From the NCBI GenBank assembly GCA_039818205.1, contig JBCBUK010000006.1, positions 32,001 to 96,000 of the forward strand: DNA of 64,000 nucleotides, given 5' to 3'. Under the pieces are notes generated by a model. That model had not been told where the DNA came from and ran no database searches. It worked only from the letters and a program-made list of their open reading frames with translations. Of the stretch, positions 18,786-29,126 are shown piece after piece. Each line of letters opens with the position of its first letter. The first letter of the stretch is position 1. The translations under genes and the position numbers were made by a program. This DNA is from Verrucomicrobiota bacterium (GTDB lineage: Bacteria > Verrucomicrobiota > Verrucomicrobiia > Opitutales > Cerasicoccaceae).

Positions 18786-20531
18786 CTACCCCTGCTGTGC
18801 GGCCAGTAACTCGCCGAAGGCGCTTCCGGGGCGGTTGGCGAGTTCCTGGTAAGCGCCGGTTTCGAGGATGCGGCCTTCGCCCATGACGACGATTAAGTCG
18901 GCCTTGCGCACGGTGCTTAGGCGGTGGGCAATCGTTATTGTGGTGCGGTTCTGGGCGACACGTTCCATTGCTTGTTGCACGACTTTCTCGCTCTCGTTGT
19001 CGAGTGCGCTGGTGGCCTCATCGAGGATGAGTAGGACGGGGTCGCGTAATACCGCGCGCGCAATAGCGATTCGTTGACGTTGGCCACCGGAGAGCGCGAC
19101 GCCGCGTTCGCCCACTTTGGTATCCATACCTTGAGGAAGGTAACTAATGAAGTCCCAAGCGTTGGCCAATTTGGTGGCTTCGACGACTTCTTCGTCGCTG
19201 GCTTCTGGCCGGGCAAAGCGCAGGTTGTCTTCGATTGTTCCTGAGATCAGGAGATTGTCCTGCATCACAATGGCGCAGCGCTTTCTGAAGGAACGCACAT
19301 CGAGGGCGCTTTGGGGAATGTCATCGATCAGGATCTCTCCACTGGATGGCTGATAGAGACCAAGGATCAAGTTAACCAAGGTACTTTTGCCAGAACCGCT
19401 CGCTCCAACAAACGCCACATGAGCGCCTGCCGGGATTTCCAAGTTGAGCCCTTGGACTGCGACATTCTCCGATTCGTCGTAACGGAAGGATACATCTTTG
19501 AGCGTGATCTTTGCCTGCAACGGTTCCGGCAGTCGATTGCCTTGCCAGTTTTCAACGTAGCCGGAATCCATGAGCTCCTTAATTGAGCGGTAGCTTTCCT
19601 GGCCTTGCATGTAAATCATGCTGAAGCTGGTTAGCAGGTTTGCCGGGCCCAAGATGACGGGCAGGGATCCCACGAGCGCAACCAAGGTTCCTAGCGTTAG
19701 CTGATCATGCACGACGAGGACGGATCCAAACGCAATCGCCATGATCTCAATGGCCGCAAACATCGAAAACATTGACCATCCAAAGGTCTGGTTGATGACC
19801 ATTTGGTTGCGGCGTTGTTCGCCGTAGTCCCAGCTGATATCTCCCATGTTCTGCTCAACGGGACGCTCCTGGCCGAAGCCCCGAACGAGACGGATCGCTG
19901 AGATGAATTCGCTCGCCTGGCCGGTCAGCCGCTCGCGGGCTTTGCGCACGCTTTCGTTGATTGCCTCTAGCCGCCCCATGAAAAAGATTCGCGCGGCAAA
20001 TACCGGCGGCATGGCCAGTAGCACAAATAGGATCAACCAGGGATTTAGAATAGCTAAGGCGAGGATCAGCAACGACGACCGTACGAGTTCCGGGATGACG
20101 GAGGCGACCATGGGAATGAGTACGGCTTCCACGTTTTGCGTATCAAAGGCATATTTGGAGAGCAGGCGTCCGGTCTGAGTCCGATCCAGAAAACCAAAAT
20201 TCATGAACTGCAGCTTGGCAAAAATGCGCCCGCGCATTGAGGTGATGATGGCCTGCGACTTCTTCGCGAGAATGCCGACGCACTTCGTCATCGTAAAGAT
20301 ATGGAAGGTCAGGAGCGTGACTGAAATACCCGCGAGCTGGAGGCAAAGCACGAGGTCGTTGGCTTCGAGTCCCTTATCTATGATCTGCTGGGTGATGACC
20401 GGAAAGGGCGTGACGGCCAAAACGCTCAGCAAACGCCAAAAGAGGTAGCCACGAAACACGCCGCGGCTTCGCCACATTAAAGCGCGCATGCTTTTCGCCG
20501 CGAACGGATCGTTGAGATCTAGCTGACTCAT
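18786..20531 (-). CDS. ABC exporter, fused permease/ATPase (MsbA/Sav1866 type)
   Basis: TM domain, then GASGSGKST, LSGGQRQRIAIARA, ILDEATSALD, IAHRLST; ATG at 20531. Confidence 0.93.
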   Translation of the reverse strand: MSQLDLNDPFAAKSMRALMWRSRGVFRGYLFWRLLSVLAVTPFPVITQQIIDKGLEANDLVLCLQLAGISVTLLTFHIFTMTKCVGILAKKSQAIITSMRGRIFAKLQFMNFGFLDRTQTGRLLSKYAFDTQNVEAVLIPMVASVIPELVRSSLLILALAILNPWLILFVLLAMPPVFAARIFFMGRLEAINESVRKARERLTGQASEFISAIRLVRGFGQERPVEQNMGDISWDYGEQRRNQMVINQTFGWSMFSMFAAIEIMAIAFGSVLVVHDQLTLGTLVALVGSLPVILGPANLLTSFSMIYMQGQESYRSIKELMDSGYVENWQGNRLPEPLQAKITLKDVSFRYDESENVAVQGLNLEIPAGAHVAFVGASGSGKSTLVNLILGLYQPSSGEILIDDIPQSALDVRSFRKRCAIVMQDNLLISGTIEDNLRFARPEASDEEVVEATKLANAWDFISYLPQGMDTKVGERGVALSGGQRQRIAIARAVLRDPVLLILDEATSALDNESEKVVQQAMERVAQNRTTITIAHRLSTVRKADLIVVMGEGRILETGAYQELANRPGSAFGELLAAQQG

Positions 20532-20653
20532 CTTCGTGCCAACCTTGCTTGTCCGCGTTTGGGACAAACAAGGTGATCGTGCAAGAATCCTTGGGTGCGC
20601 GCCAGAATGCAAGCCCGTTTACCACTTGTCGCGGGATGCTTACAATTGGGCTG

Positions 20654-22102
20654 CTAGTGGCGCCGGTGGTCCCAGGGGAAGGTCCAGTCGTAGTCGCGCT
20701 CGTGGCGCCACATGACGAACGGTTCGAACATTTTGCCTGGATTCAGAATGCCATTGGGGTCGAGGGCATCTTTGACCCGCTTCATCGCGGCAATCTCGGC
20801 TTCGCTGTGTTGGAGCGGCATGAAGGGGCTTTTCGCCAAGCCGACACCATGTTCACCGGTGATGGCACCGCCAAGTTCGACGACTTTCTGCATCAGGAGA
20901 TTCAGTCCCTCTTCCGCTCGAGCGGATTGGTCCGCGTTGCCATGGTCATACATGATGTGGACGTGAAAATTGCCGTCTGCGACGTGGCCAAAGGTCGGGG
21001 TCGCCAAGCCGGTTGTTTTCTTAAGCTCCAGCGTGTATTTGATCAGCGGAATATAGCTGCTGATAGGGACGACGATGTCCTCATTCAGCTTGGTGTCGCC
21101 CATTTGAAACATCGCTTGAGAACAGGTGCGGCGGGCCTCCCAGAGGGTCTCGGCTTTCTCTGGGTCGCTGGTGTGGCGGGTTGCGATGGCCTTTTCGTTG
21201 AAGAGAGTTTGCACCAGCTTGCGCTCCTCGCGGACGGCGGCTGGGTGCCCATCGAGCTCAAGGAGGAGCAACGATCCCTCGCCTTGCTTGGGGAAGAAAG
21301 GCTTACCGCGTCGCCGTTGCGCGCACTCAACAGTCTGGCGGTCTAGAAATTCAAGAATGCTGGGCACCACGCGCTGGCCGAGTAGCGTTTTGACGGTTTG
21401 GAGTGCCTGGGTCTCGTTCTTAAAGACTGCGAGGCAGGTCCATCGATCCTGAGGTTTCGGGACAAGTTTCAGGGTCGCCCGGGTGATGACTCCGAGCATG
21501 CCCTCCGAGCCAATCCAGAGGTCTCGCAGATTGAGCCCCGAGGCGAACTTCTTGAGCGGAGCGCCCCAGCGAACGGGTTCTCCGGTGGGGAGAAATCCTT
21601 CCAGAGCGAAAACGTAGTCGCGGGTCACCCCGTATTTTGCTCCGCGAAGTCCCCCTGCGTTGGTCGCGATGTTTCCACCGATGGTGCAGTATTTTTGGGA
21701 CGATGGGTCGGGCGGATAAAACCAACCCTTCTTTTCTGCTGCCTGGTTGATTTTCTGAGTGATGGCTCCGCACTCGACGTGAGCCATGCCCGCGGTAGCG
21801 TCGATCTTGATTTTGTTCCAATGAGCCAGGTCCAAGGCCCAACCACCATTGACAGGTGATGCAGCTCCGGTGGTGGCCGATCCCGAACCCCGCGGGGTGA
21901 TTGGAATGCGAAGCTTGTTCGCCAACTCCAGCAGAGACTTCAGGGCGTCGCCCGAGGATGGGCGAACCACGGCTTCTGGTTGGAACGATAGTCGGGCGCT
22001 GTCGAGCGATGCGCGCGCCAGGTCATCCGGGCTACAGCTGACGTCATCGCCAAGGAGCAGTTTCAGTTGGTCAAGTGGGCTACTTTTGGTCACGGGTAGC
22101 AA
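20654..22102 (-). CDS. FAD-linked 2-hydroxyacid oxidase/dehydrogenase (GlcD/D-LDH family)
   Basis: PRGSGS, YPPDPSS...TIGGNIATNAGG....KYG.TRD, GSEG.LGVIT, GH..DGN.H, GEHGVG, DP.GILNPGK. Confidence 0.92.
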   Translation of the reverse strand: MLPVTKSSPLDQLKLLLGDDVSCSPDDLARASLDSARLSFQPEAVVRPSSGDALKSLLELANKLRIPITPRGSGSATTGAASPVNGGWALDLAHWNKIKIDATAGMAHVECGAITQKINQAAEKKGWFYPPDPSSQKYCTIGGNIATNAGGLRGAKYGVTRDYVFALEGFLPTGEPVRWGAPLKKFASGLNLRDLWIGSEGMLGVITRATLKLVPKPQDRWTCLAVFKNETQALQTVKTLLGQRVVPSILEFLDRQTVECAQRRRGKPFFPKQGEGSLLLLELDGHPAAVREERKLVQTLFNEKAIATRHTSDPEKAETLWEARRTCSQAMFQMGDTKLNEDIVVPISSYIPLIKYTLELKKTTGLATPTFGHVADGNFHVHIMYDHGNADQSARAEEGLNLLMQKVVELGGAITGEHGVGLAKSPFMPLQHSEAEIAAMKRVKDALDPNGILNPGKMFEPFVMWRHERDYDWTFPWDHRRH

Positions 22103-22271
22103 AATTGGCAGTTCTGGCTTCGAAATGCAAATCGGGACTCGGATCTGCTCGATTCAGGTCGGGATCTCGGCATGTTAAAAGGGTGTCTATCAGGGTATTC
22201 GAAGAGACTGAATTACAGCTGGATATGACTATAGGATTGACCGTGATCAAAACTATTTGATGATTGGGCAC

Positions 22272-22868
22272 ATGGCGGAGAAAAGGTCTAGGCGGCGGGC
22301 GGATGTTTATGCTGCAAAACAAGCGAAGACTGCCCGTAAACACGCGGCAAAGAGCTTTGGTAATGGCATCGCGACATTTTTATCGGTGATTTTCCTCATC
22401 GGGTTCATCAGTGGTGGCATCTATCTATACCTCCGTTTCTACACGGAGGGAACGGAACAGATTGAAGCTCAGATAAAGCATCAGTTTTCGGAAGCTGCCG
22501 ACGACAGTTACACCTTGATCGAAAAGCGCATGATTGCGGGCGAGGTGCAAGAAGCCCAATTGCTCTCGGGGCAGAAGAGCAAAAATTTCGCAACCTGGTC
22601 TGAACCTCGTTTCTACTTCGTCTGTCTCGGGGACAAGACGAGGCAGAACATTGTGTTTGAGGTGCCCGAATCGATCTTTAACTCAACCCCGCGTCAATCG
22701 GTCTTCACCGCCGAATATGCGTCGCGCTGGACTATGATCGTGGACGACAAGCCCGAGCAGAAGAAGCCGAACCCGATCATCGAGAAGCTCGAAGAGTTGA
22801 CCGGTATCAAAATTGACGTGCCAATCTCGACGGGACCCATTCCGGTCGGTGGCGATGGGCCCCAATAG
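22272..22868 (+). CDS. Hypothetical single-TM membrane protein
   Basis: Basic N-terminus, one TM helix and a soluble domain; fills the gap between flanking genes. Confidence 0.65.
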   Translation: MAEKRSRRRADVYAAKQAKTARKHAAKSFGNGIATFLSVIFLIGFISGGIYLYLRFYTEGTEQIEAQIKHQFSEAADDSYTLIEKRMIAGEVQEAQLLSGQKSKNFATWSEPRFYFVCLGDKTRQNIVFEVPESIFNSTPRQSVFTAEYASRWTMIVDDKPEQKKPNPIIEKLEELTGIKIDVPISTGPIPVGGDGPQ

Positions 22869-22883
22869 GACCCAGTTAACGAA

Positions 22884-24419
22884 TTACAGGTAGCGGTCGA
22901 CGGTCTTTGCCAGCGAACCGAACTGATCCTTCAATGCTGGATACAGTGCGGTGTAGTGTTGGTAGAAGTCGTTGTAGCGTTGCTGATCGGCACCGCACTC
23001 TGTGCGCGTGACTTCCTTCAGCGTTGCAGTGCAGGCGGTGTCGACGGAATCGTAGACGCCGCTGCCGACGCCAGCCAAGATTGCCGCTCCCAGTGCTGCG
23101 CCTTCGGTGGCATTGTTGGTGGTGATTGATGCACCAAAGCTATCGGCCATCATCTGGCGCCAGAATGGGCTCTTGGCTCCACCGCCGCTGGCGATGACTT
23201 CGGTTGGGTTAATGCCCAGGTCGCGCATGAGCTCAAGCGAGTCGCGCATTCCGTAGGTGATGCCTTCCAAAACAGAGCGTGTAAGGTGGGCTTTGCTGTG
23301 GCGCAGGCTCATACCGAAAAATACTCCGCGGGCATCGGGGTCCGGATGTGGCGTCCGCTCGCCGGATAAGTATGGCAAGAATAGCAGGCCTTCGCTGCCC
23401 GCGGGTGCGGTTGCAGCCAGGTCGGTCAGCACGGAGTAGGGATCCTTGCCCTGAGCCTTTGCCTCCGCTGCTTCGGGATCACCCAATGCGTTGCGAAACC
23501 ATTGAAACGATCCGGCAGCCGAGAGCATTACGCCCATCATGTGCCACTTGCCGGGGACGGCGTGGCAAAATGCGTGTAGGCGGCCATTGGGCTCAACGCG
23601 GTATTCGTCCGAGTGTGCGAAAACCACTCCGCTCGTTCCAAAAGTCGCGGATACAATGCCCTCCCGCACGATGCCGCAGCCGACGGCTTGGGCAGCCTGG
23701 TCGCCGCCACCGGCGATGATCGGCGTTCCTTCCTTAAGGCCAGTTAGTTTCGCCGCTTCAGCATTAACCTTGGTAGAGGCCACCGGAGACTCGGTCACTT
23801 CTGCCATCCACTCACGAGGAACGTCGCAGGCGGCAAGCATCTCGTCTGACCAATTGCGCTTGGCGACATCGAGCAAGCCCATACCGGAAGCATCGCTGAC
23901 GTCAGTGAAGAACTCACCGGACATGCGGAAGCGAATGTAGTCTTTCGGTAGAAGAATCTTGGTGGCCTTGGCGTAGACCTCAGGCTCGTTTTCCTTGACC
24001 CAGAGAATCTTTGGAGAAGTAAAGCCGGGTAAGACGGGATTGCCGGTAAGCGAAAGCACCTTCTCCGCACCCACGCGCTCGGTCAGCGTGGCGCATTGGG
24101 CTGCGGTGCGCTGGTCGTTCCACATGATGCAGGGGCGTAGCACCTGGCCATCATTTCCGAGCATGACGAGGCCGTGCATCTGCCCGGTCAGCCCGACACC
24201 GGCGATGTCATCCGCGGTCAGGTCGGTTTGTTCAAAGATCGCCTTGATTGCCGTGATGATCGCTTGCCACCAATCCTCAGGATTGCACTCAGTCCACCCT
24301 GGGCGCGGTGTTGCAAAGTCATACTCGGGTGCGATCGTAAATACGATATCGCCGCTCTCGTTGATAACAATCGTCTTTGCGGACGACGTTCCGACATCAA
24401 TTCCAATCAAATAGGCCAT
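22884..24419 (-). CDS. xylB: Xylulokinase (FGGY kinase)
   Basis: GIDVGTSS.K, GLTGQMHG, WNDQRT, GGGDQAA, GTSGVV, HAFCHA, LPYLSGERTP, GGGAKS..WRQ. Confidence 0.9.
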   Translation of the reverse strand: MAYLIGIDVGTSSAKTIVINESGDIVFTIAPEYDFATPRPGWTECNPEDWWQAIITAIKAIFEQTDLTADDIAGVGLTGQMHGLVMLGNDGQVLRPCIMWNDQRTAAQCATLTERVGAEKVLSLTGNPVLPGFTSPKILWVKENEPEVYAKATKILLPKDYIRFRMSGEFFTDVSDASGMGLLDVAKRNWSDEMLAACDVPREWMAEVTESPVASTKVNAEAAKLTGLKEGTPIIAGGGDQAAQAVGCGIVREGIVSATFGTSGVVFAHSDEYRVEPNGRLHAFCHAVPGKWHMMGVMLSAAGSFQWFRNALGDPEAAEAKAQGKDPYSVLTDLAATAPAGSEGLLFLPYLSGERTPHPDPDARGVFFGMSLRHSKAHLTRSVLEGITYGMRDSLELMRDLGINPTEVIASGGGAKSPFWRQMMADSFGASITTNNATEGAALGAAILAGVGSGVYDSVDTACTATLKEVTRTECGADQQRYNDFYQHYTALYPALKDQFGSLAKTVDRYL

Positions 24420-24521
24420 GGGACGCAGGGTGGGTAGGTTAATTTTCGAGGTTTATGGGAGGATGTTGCGAAGAAATTTTGAATCTGGCAATGAAACTTT
24501 TGTGAAGGAATTTGTATATTT

Positions 24522-27110
24522 TTAACGCCATTCATGTTTCGGGTAGCGCCCCTTCAACTCTTTCTTCACGCCTTCGTAGCTGGTGTTCCAGAAATTTGCG
24601 AGATCCTCCGTGATTTGACAAGGCCGCCCGTTGGGCGCGAGCATCTCGACCACGAGCGAAACCTTGCCACCACCGATGGTAAGCGTTTTCGGATCAACAT
24701 CGTAGAAATCCTGCAGCTTGCTCGAGATGATCGCGCGTGGTCCACCAGCGGCGAATGGCTCGTAGCGGATTCGTGCCGGTTTCGTGCGTGTCGGCAGCAG
24801 AAACTCTTTGGGGGCAAAGTGTTCAAGTGCGGCATGTTGCTCATCGGTTAACCAGTCCTGGAGGAACGGCCAGGGGTCTTGGTCTCGAATCTCTTTATAG
24901 CCGAATGCACCGTAGCAAAATTGCTCAAGAATCATCCGTCGGGCGTCAGCGTCGAGTAGTTCAATTTCTAAGTCCTCAAAACTTTGTGATGCAAAGTTTA
25001 CCCGATTGATCCACTCTTCAATCATGCCGGTCCACCGTTTTAGCTCGAGTTTCCCGTCGACGATTTCGCGAGCCAACAGCGCGGCTGCTTCGTCACTGGT
25101 GGGTTCGCCGCGGTCGGTTGATGCCAGCACGAGATCTCGGAATCTCCGCTCCTCGCGGCGGACGACACGGCGAAGATCTTTATCATACACAATTTCACTT
25201 TGCGTTACAAAGTCACCGGGGAAATACTCTTTGAGCCATGATTCTTCAATCTCGGTCGCGAGTGAGAGCATGATGGCAACGTCGCCTCGGGTTTCAATTT
25301 CGTCGATTTCAGCGGCGACGAATAGATTGGCATCCCGTGCGGCGCTTTCGCGGCGAAGCTCACCACGGCGGCCATGCACAATGGAACAACGGAGCGTGCC
25401 CCGACTATCGCGCTTAGCGAGATGGTCCGAAAAAGCGAGTAGCAGGCAGCGTCGAATGGCTTCCTCGTCGATGGGCCCAGGCTCAGTATCCAGTCCCTGC
25501 CCCTCAGCGATCTTCCGAAACTGCTCGGCGGCGCGTTCGGCATCGCGACTGGCGTTGGCGTGAATTCCCCAGCGACGGCAGAAGCCTGAATTATAGTTTT
25601 GCTTGCGGGCCATGCCCCAGGCCGAAAGCCAATGAAAGAAGTCCGAAGGCACGTCACCGAGAATGTCCTCCCGTTCCTCGCGCTGTCGTTTGTCTTTGAG
25701 ATGCAGGAGCAGCGGACGTCCTTGCGCAAAAGCCGCGAGCAGGGCAGCATGCCAAACGCAACCAAGGTCATCGGCGGCGAGCAGCAACCGAGCCCAGCGT
25801 GGGTGCAAGGGAAAGTCAGCAAGCTTCACCCCAATGGGAGTCAGCTCATAGGTTCCTTTGATTGCTGCTCCGTCGCTATTTACTTTGTGTTGCAAAGCAC
25901 CGAGATCCATCAGCAGTTCGATTGCTCGCTGGAGCGCGGTGTCGTTGGGGGCTTCGAACCAGGGAAACTTCTTGAAATTGGTGACGCCGGCCTTGGCGAG
26001 CGAAAGGAGTGTTTCGCTAAGTTCGATCCGCCGGATTTCGGATTCCTCGCGTTCGGGACGATGCTCCTGTTCCGATTGGCTCCACAATCGCAATACGTGG
26101 CCCGGCGCGGTTCGTCCCGCACGCCCGGCTCTCTGATCGGCTGACGCCCGGCTAATCTTCTCGATGAGCAAGGTATTGACGCCTCGATGTGGATCGTAGC
26201 AAGCGATGCGGGCCAGGCCGCTATCGATCACCAGGCGAATTCCGTCAATCGTGATTGAGGTTTCGGCGACATTGGTAGCGACCACCACTTTGCGGCGATC
26301 ATATTGCGCCACAGCGGCGTCTTGCTGGTCGGGTGGAAGCTCGCCGTAGAGTGGAAACACGAGGGAATCGCGTCCGTTTTTGGTGGCTTGAATGGCTTCA
26401 ACCGTGCGGCGAATCTCATAGGCACCCGGCATAAAGATCAGGCAGTCGCCATCATGGTCTCGCGCAAGCTTGTCGAAGTGGTGAGCGGCCTGGTCCCACA
26501 CGGGAGCCCCGGCGACTTTTTGCGCGCCCGCCGAGTATTGAATCGTCAGCGGATAGGTCCGTGATTCGACGCCCAGAAGCGTGGCGGGCGCAAGGTAGTC
26601 GACGAGGGAATCCGTGTCCAGGGTAGCCGACATCACGACGATTTTCAGGTCGGGGCGCGTGGTTTTCTGGAGCTCGCGAACCATGGCGATTCCGAGATCG
26701 CTGTATAGGTGACGCTCGTGGAATTCGTCAAAAATAACGGCGCCGACATCAGGCAGGCTAGGGGAAGTCATCATCTGCCGCAGCAGAATGCCTTCGGTCA
26801 CCAGCTTGATTCGGGTCTTGCTGCCAAATTTTCGGTCGAAGCGGATATGGTAACCAACCTCCGAACCCAAGGGAACTTGCCGCTCCTGGGCAATCCGCTT
26901 GGCCAGCAGGCGTGCCGCCAATCGCCGCGGTTGGAGGACAATGATGTGTTGGTCTGACGGAATGGCGCCTGAGTCCAAAATAATCTGTGGCACCTGAGTC
27001 GATTTACCCGATCCGGTAGGGGCTTGTAGCACTGTACGGGAAAAGTCGCCCTGTACGGCCTTTTTCAACTCGACGTCGATGTCATGTATAGGTAGTTTAC
27101 CCGGTGTCAT
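24522..27110 (-). CDS. hrpB: ATP-dependent DEAH-box RNA helicase HrpB
   Basis: APTGSGKST, QPRRLAAR, DEFHER, MSAT, TNVAETSITI, QRAGRAGR; C-terminal FW..SY..VKKELKGRYPKHEW. ATG 27110 preferred. Confidence 0.93.
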   Translation of the reverse strand: MTPGKLPIHDIDVELKKAVQGDFSRTVLQAPTGSGKSTQVPQIILDSGAIPSDQHIIVLQPRRLAARLLAKRIAQERQVPLGSEVGYHIRFDRKFGSKTRIKLVTEGILLRQMMTSPSLPDVGAVIFDEFHERHLYSDLGIAMVRELQKTTRPDLKIVVMSATLDTDSLVDYLAPATLLGVESRTYPLTIQYSAGAQKVAGAPVWDQAAHHFDKLARDHDGDCLIFMPGAYEIRRTVEAIQATKNGRDSLVFPLYGELPPDQQDAAVAQYDRRKVVVATNVAETSITIDGIRLVIDSGLARIACYDPHRGVNTLLIEKISRASADQRAGRAGRTAPGHVLRLWSQSEQEHRPEREESEIRRIELSETLLSLAKAGVTNFKKFPWFEAPNDTALQRAIELLMDLGALQHKVNSDGAAIKGTYELTPIGVKLADFPLHPRWARLLLAADDLGCVWHAALLAAFAQGRPLLLHLKDKRQREEREDILGDVPSDFFHWLSAWGMARKQNYNSGFCRRWGIHANASRDAERAAEQFRKIAEGQGLDTEPGPIDEEAIRRCLLLAFSDHLAKRDSRGTLRCSIVHGRRGELRRESAARDANLFVAAEIDEIETRGDVAIMLSLATEIEESWLKEYFPGDFVTQSEIVYDKDLRRVVRREERRFRDLVLASTDRGEPTSDEAAALLAREIVDGKLELKRWTGMIEEWINRVNFASQSFEDLEIELLDADARRMILEQFCYGAFGYKEIRDQDPWPFLQDWLTDEQHAALEHFAPKEFLLPTRTKPARIRYEPFAAGGPRAIISSKLQDFYDVDPKTLTIGGGKVSLVVEMLAPNGRPCQITEDLANFWNTSYEGVKKELKGRYPKHEWR

Positions 27111-27124
27111 AATAAGCTCTACCG

Positions 27125-28741
27125 ATGATGTCGGATTATAAAAACGCACAGCATGCACCATGCATCCGGTCTGGGAGAAGCAAAATCCTCGTTCTTGTTT
27201 TTTTCCTGCTGTTGCCTGGTATCACCGCCTCCGCTCAAATGGGCTGGCGAGCCAGCCCCATTAATACGTTTATCGTTGGTCTGCCGGCGGAAGGCTCCGA
27301 AACGGTAAGTTTGCCCGCAGAGTCAGTCTGGCCCATCGAATACGAGAAGCCTGATTCGGTTTACCTTCGAGTCACGATTGATGGTCAAGAACGCATCGTC
27401 CAGGTGCCCAAGACCCTATCTAATACCTCCTCGGGTCAGGTTAGGGGAACGAATTTCAAGACCGCGCACCAGCTGAATCTGGATGCAAGTACTCAGTATA
27501 CGGTATTTCGGAAGACAAAGTCTTATCCGGTGCTCCGACGATCAGGCGGGAAGCTGGACATTAAAATGCCCGCGGTGAGTCCGGTCGAGTCCTGCCAGCT
27601 GCCGGAGAAATTTTTTAATCTGACTGCGGTGATTGGCTCCGAGGATAAACCCGAGCACACGAGTCATAGCACCAGTTTGGAGGCCGAGACCCGTCGGGTT
27701 GAAGCATTGAAGCAAGCACTGGCGGATCCCGAGATCAAAATAGCGGACAAGCCAAAGGATTTCGTTTGTTTGATCGAGGGCCCCGAGGGTGTGGGAACTG
27801 GCTTCTTAATGCGCGAGGGCGGCAATGTATATTGCTACACCTGCTTTCACGTGATCGACGGAATGCGCCTACCGAAGATTCGCCTTATCAACGGTGCCGA
27901 GATCGAGCCCTTGAGTCTCGAAATTTCAGAAGAGCGAGATATTGCTCGGATGCTCGTCGCGGGCAATCCGCCAGCATTGGCTGGGTTTCGGGCTCCTAAA
28001 ATTGGTGAGAATATTCGGGTCTACGGAAACTCCCAGGGTGCGGGTCGCGTGACGCTACTCAAAGGAGAGGTGACTGGTATTGGCGTGAACGAGGTTGAGA
28101 CCGACGCTGGGTTCACTTCGGGCAATAGTGGTAGCGCCCTAATCGCTGATAGCGACTCAATGGTTGTCGGTGTAGCCAGTTACGTTGAGGAGCTCGCCGA
28201 CAAAGAAGACCTCACGGTTCGCGGAACCCGCTTTACGACGCCTCGCCGGGTTGGTGAAGCCCTGGATGATGACATCAAGTGGATTGCTGTTGATTTTGAC
28301 CGCTTCTATTCAGCCAACCGGAAATTTCATGAGTACAGCGCGTTCCTGCGTGAAAGCATCGCGGTTCTTGAACGCGTGAGCCAGTCGCCCCAAGTGCCGG
28401 TTAGTGATCTTGGCATCAGGGATACGAGTTTGAAGCGGTGGATCCGTAATCGGAATCGGTGGGTCAAGGAGTTGGCGTCGGTTGACCACTCGTATATTGA
28501 TACCTATGCGGAATACGAGACTGCGTTGACGAACAATATTCGTGAAGTCGCCAACCAACAGGCCTACTTCCGCCGCTTGTGTGAACTGCGGGAGTCTCAG
28601 ATGAAATCACTGCAGCCCTACCCGGGAACGAGTTTTCAGGATGAGCTCTGCGACCGGATTATCTTCGAGTATGAGATGGTCGGCTTCTTGAACGATTACA
28701 TTCTAGAGGTCCTGAGAGCGTCTCTTCAGGGTGGAAATTGA
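27125..28741 (+). CDS. Exported trypsin-like (S1) serine protease
   Basis: GTGFL, TCFHV (His), DIAR (Asp), GNSGSAL (Ser); hydrophobic signal segment. Start uncertain. Confidence 0.8.
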   Translation: MMSDYKNAQHAPCIRSGRSKILVLVFFLLLPGITASAQMGWRASPINTFIVGLPAEGSETVSLPAESVWPIEYEKPDSVYLRVTIDGQERIVQVPKTLSNTSSGQVRGTNFKTAHQLNLDASTQYTVFRKTKSYPVLRRSGGKLDIKMPAVSPVESCQLPEKFFNLTAVIGSEDKPEHTSHSTSLEAETRRVEALKQALADPEIKIADKPKDFVCLIEGPEGVGTGFLMREGGNVYCYTCFHVIDGMRLPKIRLINGAEIEPLSLEISEERDIARMLVAGNPPALAGFRAPKIGENIRVYGNSQGAGRVTLLKGEVTGIGVNEVETDAGFTSGNSGSALIADSDSMVVGVASYVEELADKEDLTVRGTRFTTPRRVGEALDDDIKWIAVDFDRFYSANRKFHEYSAFLRESIAVLERVSQSPQVPVSDLGIRDTSLKRWIRNRNRWVKELASVDHSYIDTYAEYETALTNNIREVANQQAYFRRLCELRESQMKSLQPYPGTSFQDELCDRIIFEYEMVGFLNDYILEVLRASLQGGN

Positions 28742-28777
28742 ACTGAGTCGAAGAGAGGTGATCCAGACTGGAGAAGC

Positions 28778-29062
28778 TTAGGAATGCCCGTACTTTGACT
28801 TGTTGATGTGCCAGATATTCAGCAAGGGTTGCCTTAGTCGCGTGGGAAAGTCGGCCGAGAAGCCAAGGGTCAGGTTGTTGTTTTGCTTCATTGCATAGAT
28901 TGATCCGGTGACCAATTCGCCCGCATTTACTTTCTCGGTGACCGCCGCAATGAAGTCTCGGGGCATTCGACTCTGGGAGGAAACAACAATCTCTGAATTT
29001 GTGATCTCGATCACGAATTCACTTCCCGCGACGTAGCGGCGAATGAGCGAAGACAGTTTCAT
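28778..29062 (-). CDS. Small protein, DUF3634-like
   Basis: FVIEI...P..F.....G.I......L.FS..FP..LRQ.L.NIW pattern. Confidence 0.55.
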   Translation of the reverse strand: MKLSSLIRRYVAGSEFVIEITNSEIVVSSQSRMPRDFIAAVTEKVNAGELVTGSIYAMKQNNNLTLGFSADFPTRLRQPLLNIWHINKSKYGHS

Positions 29063-29126
29063 TGGCAGTCGGCTGATCTCGAAGAATTTCAATTCCAAGC
29101 AGGGAGAAGCCGATTGGCAACTTCAA

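Noticed and set aside
20549..21346. 265-aa ORF antisense to the GlcD-like gene (similarly 56691-57512 against sufB and 33993-34682 against TTC38)
   Set aside because: They overlap confident genes on the opposite strand and are typical GC-rich shadows.
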